Positions 1 to 6,169 of a stretch of 6,169 nucleotides of DNA are shown piece by piece. The notes under the pieces were generated by a model. That model had not been told where the DNA came from and did not search any database. It saw only the letters and a program-made list of their open reading frames with translations. This stretch comes from Paraspadella gotoi (lineage: Eukaryota > Animalia > Chaetognatha), in contig JBJCIZ010000478.1 of assembly GCA_051294375.1 (NCBI GenBank), positions 7,067 through 13,235 of the forward strand. The letters are read 5' to 3'. Each line of letters begins with the position of its first letter. The first letter of the stretch is position 1. The position numbers were made by a program, and so were the translations under genes.

Positions 1-1
1 C

Positions 2-238
2 ACTGTTGACTCCTCCCATTGGTAGTTTATTCATCCACCAGTTGTGGCCGGCTCCGGCGAAGGTTGTTACCGGCTTGCATCTATCAGATAGGTTGACTTG
101 GTGGAAACAAGCGAGGATGTCCACAGAGCATTGTAATTCGTGTGGCTTATACTGTTCGAGGATTGACGCGATAGTCTGAGGTTCGGTGGCATAAGTAGAG
201 ATATTGTTATTTACTGCCGATAAGTCACAGATGAGTCT
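2..238 (-). CDS. pol: Reverse transcriptase, partial (79 open codons), pol of an LTR retroelement
   Basis: Manual translation: RLICDLSAVNNNISTYATEPQTIASILEQYKPHELQCSVDILACFHQVNLSDRCKPVTTFAGAGHNWWMNKLPMGGVNS. It matches RT_LTR motifs with correct spacing: RLICDLSAVN ~ RxCxDYRxLN; SVDILACFHQV ~ xLDLxxAFHQI (catalytic Asp); TTF...KLPMGGVNS ~ TAF...RMPFGLxNA. The YxDD motif would fall just outside the window. Not in the ORF track because it has no start or stop in the window. Confidence 0.93.
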
Positions 239-239
239 C

Positions 240-249
240 NNNNNNNNNN
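240..249. other. Assembly gap (10 N)
   Basis: Run of 10 N inside pol; the open frames on either side are out of phase across it. Confidence 0.99.
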
Positions 250-250
250 C

Positions 251-659
251 TTATTTTTCTGAGGAGGGGCTTGTCACCTGTAAGGTCGGCCTGGACGGGT
301 TCTGCTGTGTTTTCTATTCTTAGGTTTAAATCCGTTTTTGCCTCGTTTGTAATGAGTGGGCGTGCGTGACCCCAGATTCCGGGTTTGGCGTCAATTTCAA
401 CGCCTTCTCGTAGCTGGTCTCCATCAACGATGTAAGCCTTGTCATCATGTTTGGATTCGATAATCCATCTCGATCCAACAAGTGTTTTCCAATAGGGCCT
501 ACTTGATGTGAGTTTGGTCATTCCCTCATTATCACGTTCAACGTGTACTGGCAGTGCCGTCTCCTCGTCCAGGTTACCTCTCGCTAGCCATCTGGCGGCT
601 TTCAAGGCGTCATGTTTGTCCCTGAAGAGGTGGGTAATTGGTTTTACCAGCCATTGAGG
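251..659 (-). CDS. pol: pol segment between protease and RT (about 136 open codons, internal fragment rather than a standalone gene)
   Basis: The 225..605 track ORF extends upstream to a TAG at 660-662 (PQWLVKPITHLFRDKHDALKAARW...). It lies between PR and RT motifs. Its end, TAEPVQADLTGDKPLLRKI, resembles the 'I.xT.D..P+..+.Y' segment that precedes Gypsy RT. Confidence 0.72.
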
Positions 660-734
660 CTATTTGGTAGGTTTTCCTTTTGAGTTGAGGTTGTAGACTG
701 ACCCATTAACTGCTCAGCGGGGCCAGGGTTGGTA

Positions 735-1010
735 TAACGGACGTTCCTATGATGATATCCTGTGGTCATTTTCATCAGGCTGGATATGTAAAAAAACCGT
801 TTTTCCAGCACCCAATTCTGAAACATGATTCGGGAGATCTACTCTTTCGGTTAATGTGATTTGTCCCCGTTTTGCTGTCGATAAGCGGGTAGGGGTGTAA
901 AGCCGGTGGCGTAAATCTCGATGTCTTTAGTGACCATTTATCGAATGAATATTTGTCTCAGGGATACGTTTGATTTGACTGACGCTCGCTCTGGTATCAA
1001 TAGAGTAGTT
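735..1010 (-). pseudogene. Decayed retropepsin-like aspartic protease
   Basis: SIDTRASVSQI (DTRAS at 984-998) matches LIDTGASVSLI with G>R (codon AGA, one change from GGA). DIIIGTSVI (DIIIG at 745-759) matches the C-terminal DxILGxDxL motif about 80 codons downstream. Stops and frameshifts lie between the two motifs. Confidence 0.75.
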
Positions 1011-1449
1011 ATAAATCAGAATTTTTTAATGTCATATGAAACAAACTAGAGAAGAACCAAAAAAAAGGATACCTCCCGCAAGATAACTCTCCCCGCCGCG
1101 GATGCTAACTGTTTTATTTCCGAAACTGAATCTCAAGTGGCGATGGATGTTAAATTTGGGTTACCTCAGTTTATTCGTCTGTCTGTGGTCCTCTGAGGAA
1201 AACTTAGCGTGTGTTGTCAGATGACGTTTCGGCTCCTGGATATATAATCAAGCTGGCCGCTCAGTAGAAAAGTTAGAGGTAAAATAAGATATAACAACTT
1301 GAGTCATACTTTGAGTGAGTTAGTACTATAGCCAGACGAAGCTGAAAGAGATTGGTGAGAAAAATGTATCAGGACGTTGATGCATACTCCAACTCTGTCA
1401 ACCTCGACGAGAGAGATCTGATTGTGGCTTGTGGGAGTACTCCTGATTC

Positions 1450-2155
1450 CAGCTATGATTATTTATAAGTTAGGATTTGTTTCCTTATCACGCAGCTGCG
1501 TCGTAGTCCTGAGTGGTTGGAGTTCTCCTCTCTAAATCGCAGATTGTGCCTGTTCTTTGTGTTTATATTTCGTTTAAACAAACGGAGCAGGGTTGTACGT
1601 CTTTGTGAGGTAGGGAGGAAACGGCGAGTAGAGAAATGAAGAAAGCGTTCGAGATGCGGGACCCGTTTGCATGACGTGGGACTGGCGCAATATACTGCGC
1701 TGTATCCTATTCTCCTTCGCTTCTGCTGGCTTCTGCGTGCCAGTTTTTGCGCAAGTTTGGCTCTGTTTATCCTCGCCTTTTTCACCTATGTCGATTTCAG
1801 TCCAGTTTTTGCCAGCCCAGCTTATATAAGAACTTACTCGTCAGGGCTCTCTCTTTGGCGTCGAGAGGTTTGAGTAGCTTTGTGCATATCGTGATGCTGT
1901 TGGATTATATTACCTCTCCTGAGTTTGTCCTCAATGAGCAGTTTTCGCACAGGCTTGAAGAATTTTAGCAGTCTCGATTTTTGTTTTCTGGTCTACTGAA
2001 ACGACCCTGTTTTACTGCATATTCTGCTGTTTTGAATTCCATCTATTTTTATCTCCAATTGATTTTGCATAATAGATTTTCTCAAGTTTAGCTTGCTTGT
2101 GTCAACAGATTATCTCTTTCTGGTGTCATATGTCACTTCCTCATCCTCACACAAG
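1450..2155 (-). pseudogene. Decayed coding-like region, K/E/Q/R-rich, possibly gag-derived; identity uncertain
   Basis: The minus strand is A-rich with stop-interrupted, helical-looking frames (EDEEVTYDTRKR*SVDTSKLNLRK; MEFKTAEYAVKQGRFSRPENK). A CSVC at 1578-1589 is followed, only with frameshifts, by His and Cys, which could be a zinc-knuckle remnant. Confidence 0.35.
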
Positions 2156-2257
2156 GATTAATAATTAAAGCGTAAGTGTTAACTATAATATTATTCAATA
2201 TCAATTTTCTTCAGCTCGGAATCAAAATCTATCCCACAAAAGACATCTTAAAATCAG

Positions 2258-2277
2258 TTCAAATTCAAATTCAAATT
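2258..2277 (+). repeat. (TTCAAA)3.3 short tandem repeat
   Basis: ttcaaa ttcaaa ttcaaa tt read directly. Confidence 0.85.
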
Positions 2278-3189
2278 TTAAAAATATAAGTCTGACAAGT
2301 TAAAATGAATCTACCAAATATTTTTTAAATAATTTACGTACCTCCATTAAAATTTCCTTGCTTCATCGACATTGTCCTGAAGAGTCGTTAAATCTTATAT
2401 TCGGCTAGTGTTCCAGTTCGCAATTGTAATTAGTATAACACAAGCCTCATAAGGAAACAGGGAGTCTGTGGACTTTACGGTCGAGCCTGAGTAATGTTTT
2501 TGCGGGGATTCGGTCGCTGACAAGGCGGTTTTGATCTCTCTCTTTCAACTCATCGCTCCTATATTTTAGATATTAAAATTTGCCAATAGTGCGGCAGCGA
2601 CCCGGTCCCAAGATTTACAGTTAATAAACAAAAACCAAAAAAATTTTTTTTTGTTAAAAGTGTATTCATGTAATTAATTAATTCCGCGCTCTCCCCGAAT
2701 TATTGAGCGGCTTTCCGGGACAACGGTTTTATATTTGGCCTAAGGGTCGCTCCTTCTTTTCCCTATATGCCGAGTTCTCTTTCTTCAGCCAGCTCCCGCC
2801 ATCATTTTCATTCATATTGTGTCATTTCTAATGGCAGCTAGTCGAACCCTGATAAAAAAAGCGGTTGGCGACTGCTGCTCGGGTCTTTTGGTCGGGTTTG
2901 CCCTTTTTGCTTACCAGGGCGGTTTAGTCCAAACTCATTTCGTGGACACCTTGTCTTGGTCCTCCTGGAGACTTGTCTTGGACGGTCTTCCCTTATTGGC
3001 TGGTCTACGGTTGCTTGATGGCGCGTGGTTTTCTTTTAAAAAGGATAATCGCGGATGAACACTCGGTGCGCGTGGAATTTGTGTAAGTTTGGGATTTTGT
3101 ATAGAGAAAAAAAAGATAAATGGCGATAATAAAAGTTTTAGGAAGGGAAAAAAAATAATAAGAATTTTTCAAAAAAACCGACCGCCGAA

Positions 3190-3955
3190 GTTACCCGGTT
3201 TACTCGGATTGCTTTAACCCAATCGTAGAGAATCTGAGAAGTTTCTCCCCTTCCTCGGAGCATGGGTGTAGTCACAGTTCCAAAAGTCTCCGAAATGTTG
3301 ATTCCAGTGTACATACGGCTTGCTCAACAGTTTTTGATGAGCCTTCGAACGAGAGCATAATTGGGCCGACAGTAGCAGTCAGGGATGGACGCCCGATCCT
3401 TTTCTCTGACGTTTTCGAAGTTTTCCTTCGCTGCGTTTACAAGAGCCAATCCATATTTGGCGTGGACGTGTGGATCAACTTCGACTTGGCGCTTTCAGAA
3501 AGGGCTTCAGCTATGCTGACTGGAAATCCTTCGATAATGCGCGGAGTCCCAGCCACATCGAGTGATCAATAGGCTCTATAAACCTGCTGGCGATTATATC
3601 AGCGGCAGGAGGCTGCGTAATTGTTAGACTCGACCTTCGTCCGTTGCCGTAGTGTCATTTTTGAATGCTTCATAGAAGCTGCGCAGGAAATCTCAGTGAC
3701 TCGTCGTTGCGCGCCTTTTCTCGAGTTTGGATGGGATGCTCAGTTGGACGTGTAGGAGGGGTCGCTTCGGCACTCTCCGGAAGGGAGTGTCTTGCCGTGG
3801 CGGCTGGCACCCTTTCCAAGGGACGGCTCGCTATGCGGGTTTGAGGCTCGTGGCGGCGTCATGATGTTGGGGTTGATGTTCGGGTAGAGTGACGGGGGAG
3901 GAGGGGTGGAGCTTTGGGCGATACCCGTGAGTCGGGTGTTGATGTCCTGCTTAAC
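3190..3955 (-). pseudogene. gag: Frameshifted retrotransposon gag (Pro-rich N-terminal part plus capsid-like helices)
   Basis: GC-rich island. Frames read VKQDINTRLTGIAQSSTPPPPSLYPNINPNIMTPP..., then DFLRSFYEAFKNDTTATDEGRV*QLRSLLP (3603-3692; like the capsid N-domain F..FL..F....D..K...L..LL), then AKENFENVREKDRASIPDCY (3372-3431; like the MHR-type A..EL..LRQ..GESV.DY). Several frameshifts and stops. Confidence 0.65.
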
Positions 3956-3960
3956 CTATG

Positions 3961-4620
3961 GTTTTTTTAAATTCGAGAAACAGAATTCAGAGTTTCCTGC
4001 ATAAAAAGTTGATTTAAGAAAATATAAAATCTTTTTAAAATTATCTTATTAGAGTAGATTAAAATATAAAAAAAACTATATTTAAGCTTGAAATTTAAAA
4101 ATTGATGTACTAATATAGTTTTTTATATTTTTTACCAATTTTTTTAAAAAAATAATTTATGCTTTCTTATATCAGTTTTTTTGCAGAGGAATCCAAATTA
4201 AAATTGGCATTTTTAAATTTAGCCCTATTATATTACTTATTATTGTATATAAGTATTGCTCACTTGCGTGCCCACTAAAATATCAAACTAAAAATAAATT
4301 TCACCCAAAGAATTTTTATTGGTTTTTATCTTTTGTTGTGTGTACTAAATTTCTCATTTTTATCTTAAAATTTAATTATTTTCAAATCACCCTACTGAAC
4401 AGGCTTAATTCGGGTTTCAATTCAAATGTTCATCACCATTTTAATAATTAAAGATATAATCTTTTTTGTGGTGTTGCCTTGGTTCACCACGCAGAAGAAC
4501 ATATGTGTCCCCATCGTAATTTTTTTTCAAAGTGATATTGCAACAGAGGTGTTTTTAATTAAAAGCATAAATATTTCTGTATGAATTTGTACTATATAAA
4601 TTCCGACTCAAGATTTCCTA
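3961..4620. other. Very AT-rich non-coding spacer (intergenic or intronic)
   Basis: Dense A/T homopolymers, no ORFs in the track, and a sharp compositional boundary with the gag island at about 3956. Confidence 0.8.
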
Positions 4621-4697
4621 AATCGATGATAGGGCCACGGTTAACATGTCAAACAGATTAAACGATTTGGTTCTTCGACATTCAGTGGACTGAAATT

Positions 4698-4862
4698 CAA
4701 GAGAGAAAGGGAAATTCACCTGGTCTTTGAGCTTGGATCCTTGCACGACGACAGCGCGAGGAGAAGCAGATGGAAATGGCGTGGTGGGAGATAGAGACAG
4801 AGACTGATGGCAAGATAGACAGGATGTGAAGTGAATGCGGAGAGTGACAGAGATGGAGAGAA
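4698..4862 (+). repeat. Purine (GA)-rich low-complexity tract
   Basis: For example gggagatagagacagagac and ggagagtgacagagatggagag. Confidence 0.6.
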
Positions 4863-4902
4863 CCGATGCCGGACTCCACCGTTTCATTGGTCAGAGATTA
4901 TA

Positions 4903-4980
4903 CCCTCTCTTCTCTCTGGCGCCGTTGCAAGTTCTCCTCCTCTCTCTCTCTCCTCTCTCTTCTCATTCTCCCCCTTCTTT
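4903..4980 (+). repeat. Pyrimidine (CT)-rich tract with a (CT)n core
   Basis: ccctctcttctctct...ttctcctcctctctctctctcctctctcttctcattctccccttcttt. Confidence 0.85.
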
Positions 4981-5163
4981 ATATATATGAGGCACCATCC
5001 AATTCCGGTTTATTGGACGAAGCGAGTTTTCGGAGGGGAGCTGTGATTTTTAAGTGAATGTTCGATAAAACTGTTTTCTGTATTTTATCTACTCTGAATT
5101 TCACTGCGTGAAAGTTTATTGTATCTATCACATTTGGGCCTGCCTAATCCGTCAAAGACGCGT

Positions 5164-5285
5164 GAGATGGAGAGAGAGACGCGAGAGAGCAAAGAGGAGG
5201 AGAGAGGATGCGAGAGCGAGATTGAGAGGAGGGGAGAGCTCGAGAGGGAGAGGATGAAGATAGAGATGGGAGACCGAGAGAGAGA
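5164..5285 (+). repeat. Degenerate (GA)n microsatellite / polypurine tract
   Basis: gagatggagagagagacgcgagagagcaaagaggaggagagagg...gagagagaga; it explains the spurious E/R-rich ORF 5119..5316. Confidence 0.88.
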
Positions 5286-5418
5286 TTTATTGTTTACTTT
5301 TTTAATATTGGCTTAATACTTTTCCAGATGATTTAATGCTACGCAATTAATTTTTTAAAAGCCTTAAATATTAGTTCATTAGTTTTCCTCATCGCTAATT
5401 TTTATTCACACCTTAATC

Positions 5419-5726
5419 TCTAGATGGAATCAGAACCAAGCAATTGAATCCGGAATGATCCCCGTGACTCGGATGAATTCCATGGGACTCGGCCGATTGG
5501 ATGAATCATCGGTCGGGAATCACCAGAGATTGACGGGCTTCTGCCATCGGGAAACGGAGCCCATGTGCGGTTGATTGATTTGTCGGCTATAAATAGCTGA
5601 CATTTTTGTACGCATCATTCTGTTCTTAAGTTCTGACACCGGTCTTGCTCTTGTTCATATGTTAAATATTCCATTTCATGTGTGAATCTCTGTCTACTTA
5701 CTTAGAATGTAGTGGATTCGACTATA
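5419..5726 (+). mobile_element. Putative 5' LTR (about 310 bp) of a second LTR retrotransposon
   Basis: Abrupt rise in GC at about 5420, a U3-like part with short repeats, CTATAAATAG plus Inr, and a T-rich R/U5-like part. The ends tctag...ctata are each one mismatch from TGTAG...CTACA. A gag-like frame starts about 60 nt downstream. No second LTR copy, TSD or clear PBS is visible, so the boundaries are approximate. Confidence 0.5.
5588..5620 (+). promoter_or_regulatory. Pol II core promoter: TATA box plus initiator
   Basis: TATAAATA at 5588-5595 and TCATTC (TCAKTY/YYANWYY-like) at 5615-5620, with its A 29 nt after the first T of the TATA box, which is canonical spacing. Confidence 0.6.
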
Positions 5727-5788
5727 TCCGGAAACAAGAAGAGAAGCCTTAACCCACCGCGGACCACGGGCAACATTCTTAAGAAGCA

Positions 5789-6169
5789 ATGGGATTTCGC
5801 CTGTCAGAAGGAAGACGGCTCGCTGCTCCAGCAGCTCCATAGCAGGTGCTCACAGCAGAGAGCGAAGACGGGTTAGCATTTAGCGGTATTCCACACGCTT
5901 TGAAGCTTCTGTCACAATGCCTAGAAGAGACCAAGGCAGGCCGAAAGTACTCTCTCAAGCTTGGATGAAACCAACAATTTGAAGCAACAGCAAATTATTC
6001 AGCAATGTATTGATCAGCGACTCGAAGCAAACGAGGCTCGGATTAATCTATATATCACCGCTACCGAGGGTGCACTCGGATCCAAATGGAGAATTGACCG
6101 AGTATGATGGAAAGAAAAAAACATGATGAAGGAGATCGCATATGATACAGAAAATCGCGAGATATCGTT
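5789..6169 (+). pseudogene. Decayed gag-like N-terminal coiled-coil frame, running off the right edge
   Basis: ATG at 5789: MGFRLSEGRRLAAPAAP*QVLTAESEDGLAFSGIPHALKLLSQCLEETK, then a frameshift near 5935 to QAESTLSSLDETNNLKQQQIIQQCIDQRLEANEARINLYITATEGALGSKWRIDRV*WKEKNMMKEIAYDTENREIS. Helical composition and position after an LTR-like promoter support gag, but no diagnostic motif is present. Confidence 0.45.

Larger units (their letters stand above)
1..3955 (-). mobile_element. Degenerate, interrupted Ty3/Gypsy-like LTR retrotransposon (gag ... PR - linker - RT), truncated by the left window edge
   Basis: Gag-like, protease and RT motifs all lie on the minus strand in the order gag > PR > RT, which fits Ty3/Gypsy or BEL and not Copia (Copia places IN between PR and RT). 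That all pieces come from one element is inference, because gag and PR are about 2.2 kb apart. No 5' LTR was found for it. Confidence 0.7.

Noticed and set aside
644-826. 60-aa minus-strand ORF (MFQNWVLEK...)
   Set aside because: It overlaps the decayed protease; the DIIIG motif is in another frame, so this is not an independent gene.
1212-1296. 85-bp TGTT...AACA segment with TGACGT and TATATAA, resembling a mini solo LTR
   Set aside because: Very short, the flanks (gcgtg / acttg) are not a target-site duplication, and there is no second copy.
1442-1454. Minus-strand tagctggaatcag matches 5421-5433 tagatggaatcag at 12 of 13 positions
   Set aside because: The match does not extend, and such short matches are expected by chance in 6 kb.
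1459-1968. Track ORFs 1459..1785 (-), 1667..1873 (+) and 1747..1968 (+)
   Set aside because: Overlapping short frames with no recognisable domain, two with non-ATG starts. The hydrophobic plus-strand peptides reflect the T-rich antisense of decayed coding DNA.
2627-2655. A-run/T-run quasi-palindrome resembling a terminator or TIR
   Set aside because: Homopolymer low complexity in an AT-rich eukaryotic context, with no GC stem.
2819-3058. 79-aa hydrophobic ORF, possible small membrane protein or env fragment
   Set aside because: GTG start, no motif, T-rich composition explains the hydrophobicity, and the strand and position are wrong for env.
3869-3918. Five G-runs on the plus strand, possible G-quadruplex
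   Set aside because: Loops are mostly 9 nt, and the runs are largely explained by proline codons of the minus-strand gag.
4697-5316. Track ORFs 4697..4879, 4831..5046, 4866..5057 and 5119..5316
   Set aside because: S/L-rich and E/R-rich translations arise from CT/GA low-complexity tracts that lack stop codons.
1-6169. Prokaryotic RT system (retron, DGR, group II intron) or CRISPR array
   Set aside because: The RT motifs are LTR-type and accompanied by protease and gag remnants; there is no operon structure, repeat-spacer array or template/variable repeat pair.

Overview
This window looks eukaryotic, non-genic and rich in LTR-retrotransposon remnants; the taxon cannot be determined from the sequence. 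The ORF track misses the main content. Reading the minus strand by hand gives Ty3/Gypsy-type parts in the expected order: a frameshifted gag (about 3190-3955), a decayed aspartic protease (IDTRASVS ... DIIIG, about 735-1010), an open PR-RT linker (251-659), a 10-N assembly gap, and an open reverse transcriptase fragment (2-238) that runs off the left edge. About 2.2 kb of unexplained sequence separates gag from the protease. A purine/pyrimidine-skewed, promoter-like block (about 4700-5290) follows. On the plus strand there is an LTR-like segment (about 5419-5726, TATA plus Inr) followed by a decayed coiled-coil gag-like frame that runs off the right edge. I see no prokaryotic genes, RNA genes or CRISPR arrays, and no solid evidence of a new biological system. 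The best leads are the divergent RT, the long PR-RT linker and the split architecture. All family assignments come from motif recognition by eye, not database searches.
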